64,000 bases of DNA from the human T2T-CHM13v2.0 reference genome, Homo sapiens, in the NCBI RefSeq assembly GCF_009914755.1, contig NC_060946.1; one strand, given 5' to 3'. Shown here piece after piece: positions 47,266 through 61,955 of this stretch. The translations under genes were made by a program, and so were the position numbers. How positions within the stretch are numbered: position 1 is the stretch's first letter; every line of letters starts with the position of its first letter. The notes beneath the pieces are model-generated. The model was given only the letters and a program-made list of their open reading frames with translations. It ran no database searches and had not been told where the DNA came from.

Positions 47266-47859
47266 GTTCTTTAAACAAACCATGCTCTCTCTTGCCTCTG
47301 GGCCTTTGCACATGCTGTTCTCTCTCCTCCCCCTACTCCCACCACTTCCTGCGTTACATGAGGGTCTCGACTTAGACCTCACTTCCTCTGAGAAGCCTGA
47401 CCCCCAAGTCCAAGTCAAATGCCACTTTCTATGCTTTTCCCCCATAGCAGCTCATATGCCGTGTCCTGTAAGGCAGGAAGAAATGGTGGAAAGGGGTAGG
47501 GACTCTGAGGCTGACTGCTCAAGTTCAAATCCTGGCTCCCCAACTCACTCACTGGGTGACCTTAGACAAGCCACTGACCCCTCTGAGCCTGCCTCACCCT
47601 ATGTGAAGCTGACAGCGTAACAGCAGTGTCCCTTCAGAGGGTCTCAGCACAGTGCAGACCCTCGAAAGACCTCAGAGAACTGTACCTGTCCCCTCCCAGT
47701 GGGGCTTTGAGATTGGCCAAGGACATGGGTCTGTCATCCTCTGCCCCTTGTCCTCTGATCCACACAGTGCATACTCAAGAAATACGCCCTGAGGAACCTA
47801 GGCAGGGTTGACTGGAACAGTGAATTGAAGAACTGCAATTCAGTTTGGCAGGCACCTAC

Positions 47860-48050
47860 ATCAGGCTGTCTGGTTTTAAATCCTGGCTCCACCACTTCCT
47901 TCCTGTGTGACTGTGTGACCTTGAGTAAGTTCCTTCTTAGAGCCACACATGCTCCACCTGTAAAATGGGGATAAGAATAGGACCTACCTTATAAGGTTGC
48001 TATAAGATTACATGAGATAAGAGATACAAAATGCTTACAATGGCCTTTCT
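47860..48050 (+). mobile_element. MIR
   Basis: aatcctggctccaccactt...tgtgtgaccttgagtaagtt...ctgtaaaatggggataagaatag. Confidence 0.85.
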
Positions 48051-48814
48051 AAGCAAGAGCCGATCCCAGTTAGCGGCCAGCAAGATTACTTTATCTGATC
48101 AGGGTAATCAGAGCAAGGTGTCCAGAGGACAGAACACAGTCTGAGAGAGATGTGCTGTGGCAGTGGGAAGAAAGTGCGCTTCAGGGGATCAGAGACTAGG
48201 CTCCAAATAAGCTTGCCAAGCCTCAGTTTCCTCCTTTGAAGCAGGGTAACACTCTTTATGTCACTGAGATTTTGCGTGGGTAATTTCAGACAAGGAGTAC
48301 AAATGTGCCTCCTCGTACCAGGCCAGGCACTTCGTAGATAAGGAATAGATGTGGGTTCCCATCAGTCCCTTGAACCGTGGAGGACGTGTGCACAATTATT
48401 CAATAACTTCTCACAAACACCCTAACATGAGTGAGGTGGGATCCCAGGCCAGGAGCAAAAGATGCAGAGAAGGGCCTTGAAAGGAGTACAGCTGGGAGTC
48501 GGCATCAGGAAAGGCTTCCTGGAGGAGGAGGTATGTAAGCTGGATCAGGATGGCTGGGGGGAAGGGAGGAGGGGGCAAATGCATGGATAGGAGGGTATGG
48601 GCACCCAACCCCAGAAGCAAAAAAGCACATTTCCAAGGCGACAACTCCCAGGCACATTTGGGTAGAGAGGACATGTTGCCTCTATTTGGGAGCACAGGTT
48701 TTTGGGAGCATGGTGGCTGAGCTAGAGGGCTCAGGGAGCACCACGCCTTTGTTCTGGACACATTATTGTTGGGGATGAAGGCCAACAAAGAAACCAGAAC
48801 GTCTGAGCTGGGAG

Positions 48815-48970
48815 GAATGCTGGAATCATCTAGTTCAACCATTTCACAGATGAGCAAACTGAGGCCCAGAGAACGGAACTGAGTTACCCAGTCACACCAC
48901 TAACAAAGAGCAGAGCTAGAGTTCCACTCCAGGCTGTCCAGTTCTAGAGCCTAGGCTTTTAACCAACATA
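48815..48970 (-). mobile_element. MIR (MIRc/MIR3-like)
   Basis: atcatctagttcaaccatttcacagatgagcaaactgaggcccagaga. Confidence 0.75.
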
Positions 48971-49601
48971 CTCTACTGCATCTCATCATAGCACAGATCC
49001 ATCCCATCACGTATGCATGCATTCATTCAAGCAGGGCTGTGTGAGCTCTTACTGTTCCCGGCACTGAGGAGTCAGCAGTGAAAGCACAGCCAAGCCCAAG
49101 GAGCCCCACCTGCCTGTCCCTGACCCCTGCCACCTTGCACTGTGCCCAGCTGTTTCAGAGCTCAGTTGATCCTCCTGAAAAGCCCGGTTTCAAATTTAGC
49201 TGCTCAAGACCACAGACCATTCTACTGCTGGAAAACCACAAACCAGCCCCCTTTCAAAGGCCGTTACATTGCTTGCATGGGAAAGGGGGAGTAAAGACAA
49301 TTGGTCCAGCATCCATTTCTGGGCGTGGTGAGTTGCATGGAAGTCTAAAGCCTCACTAGCCAAAAAAAAAGAAAAGAAAAGAAAAAAAAGTCCTGCAAAT
49401 CAGATTTGGAAATGTTCAACAGACAGGGAGTGAAGCAATTGAGCGAAAAAGTGCAATGGTTGAATTCCTTCACCAGAAGAGCTTTCGGCAAGTCCAGCAC
49501 CCTGGGCAAAGAGGAGGCAGGCCAGTTGTATGTGCTGGGCACCCTACAGAAAGCCCTCTTGAGCTCCCAGGAGAACAGGACCTTTTCCTATTAAGAGATC
49601 A

Positions 49602-50244
<643 letters not shown>

Positions 50245-52659
50245 CAGAGAGCAGAGTGTCTGCTCTGTTCCTTGCCCATTACACTGTTCCACCCCAAAAG
50301 GCTGGCACAACGTTGCCATTCTACAGATAAGGAAACTGAGGCCCAGAGAAAGAAAGACTTGCCCAAGGGCAGTGCAGGCCTGGGCTGGCTCCAAAGACCA
50401 CACTCCTCCCTCCACACTGCCACTTTGGTGCAAGCCTGGGCAGGCCTCATTCCTTCTCTGCACCTCGGTTTCCTTGCCCTTAAGTGAAGACACTGGGGAA
50501 GATCAGGAGGCTCCTTTCCAGCCCTGGCATTCAGTGCTTCCATCCAGTGAAGCAGTCAGGCGGGGGCCGATGACTGGGAGGAAGGCCAGACCAACAGATA
50601 TTCCCCGACCCACATCACCACCAGTTTCACCTGGTCTCCACTGCTGCCCTAAGTTAGACTACAAAACAGCCCCAGAACAGCAGATCTTAAAACAGGCACC
50701 CGCTTTTCTCACTTGGACCTCCACTTCAGGGAAGTGAGGTATTTTTATACCCATTTTACAGATGGGGCCACCAGTGCTCTCTCCCTGCCACCACATCCCA
50801 CCGACACACTCTGGGAGGTTCCGAACACCAGATCTGCCATTGCCCAAAGAGCAGAGACAAAGCAAGAGGAACTGGTGGCTGCTGAACTCAGGTTCTTAGT
50901 AGAATTATTAACAATAATCTTTAACATCTGCATAGCACAGAGCCACTCCTGGCTGTGCAAAATGCTCACAGCCTGTTTTCTCCTCCATGAAGTGGGAAAA
51001 ATAATAGACTTTCCCCTGAGATGGCAAGGTAGGAATGATGCATCCTGTTCTACAGATGAAGAAACTGAGGCCCTGAAAGGTGGTGTAAAGTGTGCGGTGA
51101 AGCTGCAACTCCAATGTGGGTCTGTGACCCTGAACTTAGGCGGCTAAAGGGAGAGAAAGGCCTGAGAGAGGCGTCAGATGGGCTGAGATTCTGAACCACA
51201 CACACTTTTATCTGCTGGCAGTCCGCCAATGGCTGCAAATAAGGGATGATCTGCCCACCTGAGGCCACCAGGAGCCTGCAGCCTGCCCCGGGCACAGCTG
51301 CCACCCTGGCAGACCCCCAAAGAGCGCCCCAAAGGATTGCCCCGCCCCCGAGCTTTTTCCCATTCCAAACATGCCAGAGCCCTGCGGACCCCGGAGGCTG
51401 CTACTTAGCGCCAGATTAATCACACCGAATTCTCCATCCAGATATTGCGTGCAGGCCGAACTCCCACCGCTAATCGCCGTAATATTCTCCTCGGCGTGTG
51501 CAGGCGGCCGGGGCGATGTTCCAGGAATATTAATTCTCCACAGCCGGCTCACTCCCGCCGCACGCATGCGCCCCCTGCACCGCCGGCTGCTGCTTGGGGA
51601 GCGGGGGTCAGCCAGGGGGACAAGGGCCAGCAGGAGGCAGGGCTGGGCCCCAATCCTTGCTGGGGGCCAGGGCCAGAGGTGGGCCAGAGCCTGCAGCAGG
51701 GCCTGCCCCCTTCATCCTGTCTCTTCTCCCAGTCCTGACCCCCAGTACCCTGCCCTAGGATGTGCAGGAGGCTCGGGGCCCCTGAGAAGCGGCCCAGCAC
51801 AGGCCGTCTGATGTCCTCTCAACACAGCAGAGCTCCGAGGAACTGGCAGCCAGGGGCTAGCTAATCCCAGCCAAAACACACGGAATGAGAATCGTTCAGA
51901 ATCTTTCATCTGCTCAAAATATAAAAACCCCAGTGAAGGGAGGCTGGGTCAGCTGTGGGTGTGACCAGGCCATGGAGCGGGCAGGCTGGGGGCACGTGGG
52001 AGGCCTCTGCTCCTGACCTTTGCTTAGCACAGGCAGGGGACCCTCTCCCCACAGTGTGGCCTGTGATATTAGAGCCAAGGGCAGGCTGGGAGGGAAAGGC
52101 TTCTGGTTTCTGGAGGGTACCAGAGGAGAAGGAGCGCGTGCCCCTGAGCCCACTCGCTGTGGCTGCAGCATACACCGCTGGGCCTGCCCCTTCAGCGTTG
52201 GTCGCTGGGCTAACACTAGGCCTGGGGATGAGGCTGGGATGAGATGCTGGCCTCAAGGACAATTCAAGGCAATTCAAGGACGAGGTCAGCCTCCCAGAGC
52301 ACACAGGGGCCTTGGGGCAGGCCTGCTGCCCATCCTGGTCCACTGAAGACCCTAGAACAGTGCTGGGAGGACTCACATCTTCAGGGGCTTTGCAAAGCAC
52401 CCCCTCTTACCTTACCTCGGTACAACCTCAGTACAACCATGAGAGGCAGCTTGAAAATGCCCATTTACAAATAAGGAAACTGAGGCATGGAGAGGTGAAG
52501 TAAGGGGTCCAGCCAGATCCGTCCCCAGGCTGCCAGGATCGGAACCTAGGGTCCTCTCCTCTGGACAGTGGAGCCTCACTCCATGCCCCATCCTTCCCGT
52601 CTCTGGGACTCCATCTCCTCTTCTCTGAACATTTTAAGGTCCTCCCAGTCCCCACAAAC

Positions 52660-52870
52660 TGTCCAACAAACACAAGCATTTATTGAGTGCCTCCTGTGTG
52701 CCAGGGATCCAGAAATGCATGATGTTACTTAAGAAGCTCACAGTCTGGTGGAAAGGAAAGTAAGTAAACCAATGACCGCGGTCCAGCCTGAGCCCCAGGG
52801 GAGGGGCCCTCCCCACAGCCTTGGGGTTAGACAGGGCTTCCAGGAGGAAGCATTCCCTGAGGAGAGGGCA
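52660..52870 (-). mobile_element. L2 3' fragment
   Basis: caagcatttattgagtgcctcctgtgtgccaggg...gaagctcacagtctggtgg. Confidence 0.75.
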
Positions 52871-55199
52871 GTGTGTGGAGCGGCAAAGGAAGGGGATCTC
52901 CATACTAGAGTCTCGACCAGGGTAGACAGATGTGTGTCCTGAGCCCGCTGGAGGTCATAGGCCTCAGGGCTGCCCCTCGGCAAAGCAGCTGGACCGTCTG
53001 GACTATGAGCCCTGGGGCAGCAGCAGCAGTGCCTGTGCTGGGACCGCCTCTGGGAGATGTCATCTGCCAAGAGAGCAGTTTTCCTGATGGTGCATGCAGC
53101 AAAGGCAGCCCCTGCATGGGGAATCAGAGGAGAGCAAGAAGGGTGTGGCTGAGAGGGGAACAGATGGGGTGCTGGGCAGGACTGCTGTGGATCCAGGTGG
53201 ATCCTGACCCGGCTGCCTGGCCTAGCCCAGGCTGGGCAAAGGTGGAGTCCTGGGGCCACAAGATGCCTAGGAGGGGCCTCTTGAGCCAGGGTCTCCTGAT
53301 TCTGGTCCAGAGCACAGATACACACAAAGGCAGCCCAGCCTAAAGAAGCAAGCAGAAGGGCTAGCGTGAGGGGGTGGGGCCCTACCCAATTCCTTTCCAG
53401 CACAGATTAAGAGCATCCAAGTTGAAACCACAGATGTGAGGGAGGAAGGTCAGGCCCCTGGCTCCATGATCCTCCCTGACAACAGCCAGCACCTATTGTC
53501 TCCTGCCCCTGTGGACCTGAGGTCTCTGACCTGGGTAAAAGCAGGCACCTCTCACACACCACCCCTCGTATGAGACCCGTGAGCACTAATGGGGCCTCAC
53601 TCCCATTTCTTAGATAAAGAAACTTAGCACAGCACCCATAGGCCCTCCTGTCATGCTGGGCTCTCTGCCCATAGTCTCACAGGGTATGGACGAGGGTCAG
53701 CACCCCCATTTTGCAAGAAGAAAGCTCACCCAGGTCCCACGGCGGTAGTAGGCAATACCTTACAGTTCCCAGGGTTGGGCCTGCGTGTTCCGTGTCCTGA
53801 TCCGCTGAGGCCCCAGTGCTAAAATCAGGCCACGTGCACTAGGTCAAGGATGCCACAGAAGGAGCCCTTTCTGGCCTCATCCTGCCCTGCAGTCCCCAAA
53901 CATGGTTCTGTGCCCTGGACTCACTTGACAGATGAGGAATCCGAGGCAGAGCTGGGACTCAGCTAGGACCCAGCACATACGCTGAGGATAGGGACATAAC
54001 AAGGGCTCAGCCTGGCCCTCAATGAGGTAACATCCTGCGTGTCAACTGTAACCAAGGTAGGTTGTGAGATGCCAGAAGAGTGGGCAGCACGGTGGCCTGG
54101 ATAAATCCCAGAAGGCATCCCAGAAGAGAGGGTGTTTAAGCAGGAACTTGGAGGACAAGGAGGCCTGTTTGAGCTGCAAAGCAGCACACACCTGGGACAC
54201 AGGACCCCACGGCTAGGAAGACAAGGCTCGGATTGGATTCTCAGGCCTCTCTGCTCCCAGCCAGCCCCTCTGCGCCTCCAGGGCCGGCCGAGCACTAGCC
54301 CAGGCCCAGGAGAATCTACTGAATGACCGGGTCTCAGCTTGAGCGGCACAGACACATGGCTGGTGTGACCCTTCCACTGTCCCCAGCGCTGGATACTAGA
54401 TCCCACATCCCCCTCCCACTCTGTCCTGCCCACCAGGAGTGGCGGGGTTTGAATTTCAGGAGCTGGGCCTCATAGGCAGGGCAGAAAGGCCAGGGAGTGG
54501 GGCCCAGCTCTGGGGCAAGGCAGGGCAGGATACAAAGCCCCGGGGCCAGCTCCCAGCAGGAGGCCTCCTGGCCAGGCCCAAGCCCAGGAGGAGGCCAAGT
54601 GTCCTTCCTTGGCACCTTCCCTAAAAGATTCAATAGTGTAGTGTTGGCCCCCCAGCCCCTCGAATAGGGGGAAGATCCAAGGTCAGACCCAGCTTCTCCA
54701 CTCCTGGCTGACTCTGAGCAAACTGCCACCCTGCTCCAGCCCCAGTGTGCTCAACTGAAACAGGAGCTGGATACACCTGTCTTGCAAGGTTATTGCCAGG
54801 ATTCAGAGTATTGTCCCTAGGTGGGTGCCAAACAAAAAGGGCAAAGGTCAGCTCATTCCCTAGGGCTCGGCATTCAGACAGACCCAGGGGAATAAAACCA
54901 GGTGGTTTCCTGGAGGTGGGAATTCCCATTTGACCTCCTTTATCCTGCATGACTACCTGGGGAGGGTGGTTCTCATTCCACAAATGAGAGTCTGAGGACA
55001 GCGGGGTGAGGGGGCTCAGCCAAGGTCACAGAGCTCCCAATCTCAGGTGTCCCTGCCTGACTCTGTAAGGGGGTATCTTCAGGCTATGGGAAGGGGAGGG
55101 TAGGGAGGAGGCCTGGGGCACCTTAACCAGCCCACTGGCCAACCCTAGCCTAAGGGCAGGCCTGGGGAGGCAAGAGGCTTAGCCCCCAGCTTGGAGTAA

Positions 55200-55495
<296 letters not shown>

Positions 55496-56911
55496 AAAGA
55501 ACGCCCTCAGCTGCCCATGTCTCCATTTGGGCTCTCACAGGGGCTTGTTTTGAAAGCCAGGAAGTGATAGAGCCCTAGGACAGGAGCCAGGAAGAGCCTG
55601 GGAAGTGGGAACATCCCCGCAGGGCCAGCCTCACAGTGGGGAATCCTCCCTCCCCACACACACACCCGCCAGCCCGCTCCACCCCGGTCACATCCTGCCA
55701 CTGCACCTGCAGTGCGGTGCATTAATAGAGCACAAACCCTGCGTGCACTACACTGGCAGGCACCTGCCAATCTCAGCCCGCGACCCCGCCCTAGCCCCCT
55801 CTCCCGGAGGACAGATAATTCTCTTGCTCTCCCAGCCTGACAAAATAACTAATGCTAACTCAATAAAGTTCCCCTTGAAGGTTTTTAATTACCAGACTGT
55901 GCTGAAGACTAAAGACTCCAGGAGCGGGAGGGAGGCCAGGGAAGGCTGCTGGGGGTCGGCGTGGCAGAGGCAGGGAAGTCACTGGCAGGCAGTGCTCCCA
56001 GGCGAGCAGGTTGGGAAAGGGCCCTCCCTCCCAGCTCCGGGAGAGGGCAGGGCCAGGCTGTTGCTGTCCAGGGTGCTGGGCCCAGCGGTCACAAGGATTT
56101 AGGACTCACATTTTCAACAGCGGCCACTGATGGAGGCCAGGCTAGGCTCCTGGCAGGGACTTGATGGAGATTATCTCATTTAGGCCTCACAGCCAACCAC
56201 AAAGTAGACGCTGATGTCCCAACTCTGTAGATGAGGACAATGAGGCTCAGAGGTGGGCAGTGGCTTGCTGTGGTCACACACCACGCCTGGACTGTCCAAC
56301 TGCAGCAGGTGCAGGCGGAGTGCCTGGCAGCCTGCAGAGGGGAATACACACCGGTGCTGTGGTTGGGTGGAGGGCCCTGGGGGACAGGGATGACCCTCAG
56401 ATAGGATCCAAAGGTGCTTGATGGCTTCTGTGCAGGGAGACATGCTGGCGCTGGCAGGATTGAGGCTGCCCAAGGAAACCTACGCGCTGCCTAGAGGCAG
56501 GGGCCGCCTGGTTGGGCCCACCTGGAACACCACCAGCCATGGGCAAGGGACCTGAAGACCCAGTGATGAACCCCCACTGCCACTGAGGGAGATGACAGCG
56601 TGGGGGGCAGGGCACAGGAGGAGAGAGGGTGACACAGTCTGGTCCCTAAGCCTCCTAACCCCAGCCTGGGCCCTTCCTCCTTGATGGAGAGAGAAGACAG
56701 TAACATTTGAGGTGAAGCATACAGCTGTCCCTGCACCATAGCCACCCTAAACTCCTCTTTTGCTGCAGCCTCCCCACCCTCTGTGAGCCAGCCCTACCCT
56801 TTCAGCCCCATTCACTCCACACTCCCCACCGCTGGGCTGCCTTCTGGTCCTTCCCACCTGGCAAGCCTGCTGCTGCCTTGGGGCCTCTGCCCTGGCTGTC
56901 CCCCTCCCTGA

Positions 56912-57235
<324 letters not shown>

Positions 57236-57469
57236 TACTCCCTTATGTTTTCATACAACCAGCTCATGTCCTTCAGGCCAAAGCCTAAATGACACCTCCT
57301 CAGAGAAGCCTTCCTTGAACTCCCCACCTCAGCAGCAGAAATCCTGTGCAGCCTTCAGCCCCAACCCATATACCCATCCCCTCCTCCTCCAGGCAGGCTT
57401 TCCACACAGCGTGACCAGTTCCCACATGGTACAGGCTGCCCTCCACAAGACCCTGGGCATCACTGAGGG

Positions 57470-57695
57470 CATGGACTTTGAAGCCAGCAAGCTGGGGTTC
57501 CAATCTTGCCTTCCCCGTTTTCTAGCTATAGATGGATCTGTTTCCTCATCCGTAAAATGGGGGTAAGAACAGTCCTTAGCCCATCTGAGTTTTGTGAGGA
57601 CTACCGAGTGAAGATGTGTCAGGACTTAGACCCCTGCCTGGCAGGTGAGTGCTTGGCAGTGCAGGATCACCATCATGACCACCATCATCATCTTC
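57470..57695 (+). mobile_element. MIR with (CAT/CAC)n tail
   Basis: ctgtttcctcatccgtaaaatgggggtaagaacag...caccatcatgaccaccatcatcatc. Confidence 0.75.
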
Positions 57696-58394
57696 AGCAG
57701 CAGCCTGGCCTCCCCGAGCCAGGCCTCAGCGAACGGGATGCTGTGTCCTTGACCCCCAGCACAGGCCCTGGACACATGGACACTCAGCAAGTACTGGCTC
57801 AGTGTCTGACCCTGTGAGACAGGCCTGAAGATGTGAACAGCTCCCACTGCCCTGGCTGCACTCTTTGCTGCTGCTTTGCAAACCTGCAACGGCGCCAACT
57901 TGGGGGTGGTGCCGAGAGCCAGTGCAGCTGTGCCCGGCTCCCCAAGGGCCATGAGGGGCAGTTGGAGGCCCCAACACCCAGCCCTGCCTGGAGTCTCCTG
58001 GCCGGGATCACAGCCCTGCGGCGTTCGAGCTGCTGCCCACCAGCCGGCCCCCTGGCATTGGGCCCGGGATGCCAGCCAGCCAGAGAGGAAGCAGCTTGGC
58101 TGGCAGCCAGCTCACAGTGCCCGAGCTGTCAGCCGGGAGGCAGGCCAGGCAGGGCTGAGACCCCCACCCCCAAACAGGGCTCCAGCCAGGCAGTGCGACA
58201 GGGCCAAGTTTCTCCTCACCACCCGAGCCACAAGGGGGCCCTGCTGATGCCAGCCCCAAGCAGGGCTCAGGGATGTAATCACGCTGCAGGGGGACCCAGG
58301 AGGCCCCGTCGCCATTTATTCAGCTCAGCTTTTCGCGAATGAGAAAGCAGCACGAGGAGCAGGGGGAGATTTTCAAGTCAAATAACAGTAAAAA

Positions 58395-58590
58395 CAGCAG
58401 CAACTACAGCTGACACTCAGCAAGCACTCACTCCATGCCAGGTGCTCCATGCACTCCGGCACTGACATCTCTCCAAAGGAAGGTGCTATAGTTAAACCCA
58501 CTCTACAGATGTGGCAACTGAGTTCAGAGAGGTGCAGTAACCCACCCAGAACCACACAGCAAACTGGAGAAGTCAGTTTAAACTTGGGCC
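58395..58590 (-). mobile_element. MIR
   Basis: ccatgccaggtgctcc...cccactctacagatgtggcaactgagttcagagagg. Confidence 0.75.
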
Positions 58591-61269
58591 CCAGAACCTG
58601 TGTCCCAACCCCTATGCACTACTGGTTCAGGCAGGCCTCAGTGCCCATACCCACAATGGATGGCCCAGCTGGGCGACCTTGGGCAAGGAGGCTGCCCATC
58701 TGGAAAATGGGCATGATCAGAGAGGGCTACGCTGTAGAACTGACCAGGGGGCTGAAAAAAGAAAAACAGGTGAGGAGCTACTTCCTGTCCCCTGCCAGGC
58801 CTGAGCAGAGGTCAGACTCCCTAGCTGGCTTAAGGGTTGGTCATATTCATGGAGCGGCAAGAATGAGGAGTGGGTCCTCATTTGCATTAGACGGTAAATC
58901 TAAGGACACTGGTTGTGCCTTCTTTTTACCAGCAACAAGAACTCATCAGAGCCCCTCCCAACCTTCTCCCATCCCCCACTGCCTCCTGAGCACCCTCCAA
59001 GGGCACAGCTGGGTGAGCCCCATGGCTGGGCTGGAGGGGCCAGACACTGGGGAGGGGCAGTTCACAGGGTCAGCCATGAAAGCCCATGATCCCTGAGCCT
59101 CGAGCTCAGCCCCCAGGAGCTTCCCCTTCATAACCTCTTCTCCCAACCCAGACCAGGCAGACTTAGGAAATACTGGCCAGAGAGAATCTTGAGCCACACA
59201 ATTCAGACAAATGTGTGTGGACTCCCCTCTTGCCCCACAAACCACAACAGAAGGCCTCGGGTCGCATCCCCCCACCAGCTGGGGCCCCTGTCAGGCAGGG
59301 CCCAGCATTCCTGGCTGATGGTGAGGAGATGAGACCCAGGGTGGAAGGAACACATGGAGGGTTCACAGCAGGGCTCCTCTCTGGCACCCATGCAGAGCAG
59401 GCAAGGATGAACATGTGCTGGTTTCAGGGCTGGGCCTGGGGGTGCAAAGGTGACCGCTCAGCCCAGCTGCTCACATCTGTACAAAGTGGTGGGGCTTTTC
59501 AGCATCTGTCTTCTCAATAGACTCAAAGCAAACCCATGGGAGAGAAGGCATCACCACTGTCTCCATTTCTCACATGTCCTGAGAGGGCCAGTGACTTGCC
59601 CAAAGTCACACAGCTGATCAGGGCACAAATCCCAGGGCCCTGGTGCTCCTATCACCAGATTCCCTAGCCCGGAGGAGGGCTGAGCCCTCAGCCAGAGCCA
59701 AGGCTCAGCCTCCAGCGACTCATCCAAGAACTGAGATGGAGCAGGGGATGAGTGAGGACAGGCAGGGTTTGACATCAGCGGAGGTGCTCCTGGAGAGAGG
59801 GTAGGTGAAGGTGGGCACATGGGCGATTGACCCAAAGGGCCGACTGTTGTTGGGGCACCCATTGGGTGTGGAAGGCGACAGCAGCTGCTGCTGAGAAGTT
59901 ATTCTAGGGAGACAGGAGTAGTGTCACTATGGTTTCAAGGAGGAAAACAAGGCACATGCCGGGGTGGTGACTCCAGGGCCGAAGCCTCCTTGGCTATCAC
60001 TGAAGACCATCCTGCCCAGAACCCCGAAGCAGAAGGCCTGGGTCCCAGCCCTGCTGTCAAGTCTCGGCACTTCCCTGAGCCTGGGCTCTTCATCTTTGCA
60101 CGGATGGTGCTGGGGGAGGGGGCAGTGGGACAGGCAACACTCTCACATCCCCTGTGGATAGCTGGGCACATAGTAGGCCTACCAGCTGGCATGGTCGCAA
60201 GTTTGCCCTAATTTCATCTATCTCTGCACTTGCCTTTTGTGGGGACACCCACCTAGATGACAAATTTGACCAAAGAAACCACAGCAGGGATGGGCCAGAG
60301 CCTGGAGGCCAGAGCAGCAGGCAGTCCCCTCCCCACCAGGCCTTCCCCAGGACAGTCCAGAACCAGCGTGCCCAATGCCCCGGCCTCCAGGAGCCATCCC
60401 TGCCTCAAGTCGGGGGAGGACGAGAGGGCCCAGGGCAGGGAGGGGCCGGGCACCACGGCCAGCACAGAGGAGGCACCCACTGGTGTGTCCTCAGCCTTAG
60501 AAGCTGTGGACCAACTGAAACAGAGAATAACCATGGCAGTGATGGGTGGGCTCCAAGGGTTCCCACACCCACCGCCTGCCCAGACCCCTGCTGTGGAGGG
60601 GAACGGAGACCTGGAGGGGTACCCCCAAAAATCTGGACTTGGCCCTGCAGGCTTCTCTGGCCTTTAGAAGGCACGGGAGGATGGGGGCAAGGGGGCGGTA
60701 GGCAGACAGCAAGAGCAACCAGTGAGCCCAGAGGACAATCACAGGGAGGACGGCGGCAAGGAGGTGAGGCCATGTCTGGCTGGGGGTGCAGGAACTGAGG
60801 GTCCTTCCCAGCCCCTCTCCCCACATCCAGCCCCGTGCTCTGGCACTCTCTCCATCTGCCTCTCACACAGTCCTTACCTTGCTCTCCCTCCCCATGGACT
60901 CTCTCTCCCATCTCCCCTCCCCACTCCTAGCCAACCTCCAATGCCCTGGGGCCTCAATTTCCCCCAGGACAAAGGGGCCTCAAGGCCTCATGAACAGAAC
61001 ATGCTGGCAGTGGTGGGTCACCCAGGAACCCCGAGGAACTGGAATGGGGGTGGAGGGGAATCACATGTCCCACTGGTCACCAGTCCCTCTTGCCTTTCTG
61101 TCCCAGCTAGCAGCTCTCCAACCTCTGTACCTCTCCCCGAACGCAGGCCCCCCTGCCCGCACCCCAACACTTCAAGACCTCCTAGGAGTGACCTGGCTGG
61201 GGTCTCTCTAGGTCAGGTAATTAATAGCAGGAGGGAAGTGCAATTAGCAGGTACCTGGAGTGGGGTCGG

Positions 61270-61478
61270 TAAGAGAGAATAGCAGAGGAGGAGGAAGTGG
61301 TGGGGATGGGGGAGGGGAAGAGAGAAGGGGGAGAAGGAAGCGGAGGGGAGGAGGGAGGAGGGAAAAGACAGAAAGGGGTAGAAGGGAAGCTTGGAGCGGG
61401 TGGAGGAGGAGGGGGAAAGGGAGCAGAGGAAGAAAGGAGAGGAGGGGAAGGAAGGGCGGGGAGGGGGAGGGGGAGGGG
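61270..61478 (+). repeat. ~210-bp purine-rich (G/A) low-complexity tract
   Basis: Nearly all G/A, with multiple GGGG/GGGGG runs. Confidence 0.9.
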
Positions 61479-61799
61479 CGCGCTGAAATCACCCGCAACA
61501 TCAAAGCCTTCCCCAGCCGCAAAGCAGTCACGTGCAGCCTGGTTCCTTTCGTTCCTTCGTTCCTTCGCTGGTAGAAGCCGCTGGGCCTGGGGCTGCTGAA
61601 GGAATTTTAAAACGAGGCAGATTGTCTGGAATATCAGGGGGTTAGGGGAATGCGGTTTTATCTCAAGGCAGGGTAAGGGGAGGCAGGTTTTGAAACCTGT
61701 TCCCCCAAGGAGAGCGGCAGGGCTTTGGGGCCTCTGCTAGGAGGCTGGGCAGGTGGCCAAGAGTGAAGACCACCCAGCTACTCCTGCCGGTGAGAGCTC

Positions 61800-61955
61800 G
61801 TGGCTGGGCCAGCCCAGATATCAACAGAAGCCAGAAATCTAGATTTGTATGTGAAAACTTCCCTGTTTTAATTTTGGCTCAAACTAAAAAAAAAAAGAAA
61901 AAAAGCGCCACATGGGCCAAATAGAGCATGTCCTGACTGGGGCCCAGAACCTCGG
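61800..61955. mobile_element. hAT-Charlie (MER102-like) fragment
   Basis: agaagccagaaatctagatttgtatgtgaaaacttccc...tgggccaaatagagcatgtc. Confidence 0.5.

Noticed and set aside
57506-57817. ORF with a poly-His/Gln run
   Set aside because: Derived from a MIR and its (CAT/CAC)n tail.
60257-60667. 136-aa ATG ORF with helical-looking LEAVDQLKQRITMAVM
   Set aside because: No recognisable homology or promoter context; similar-length ORFs occur in most frames here.
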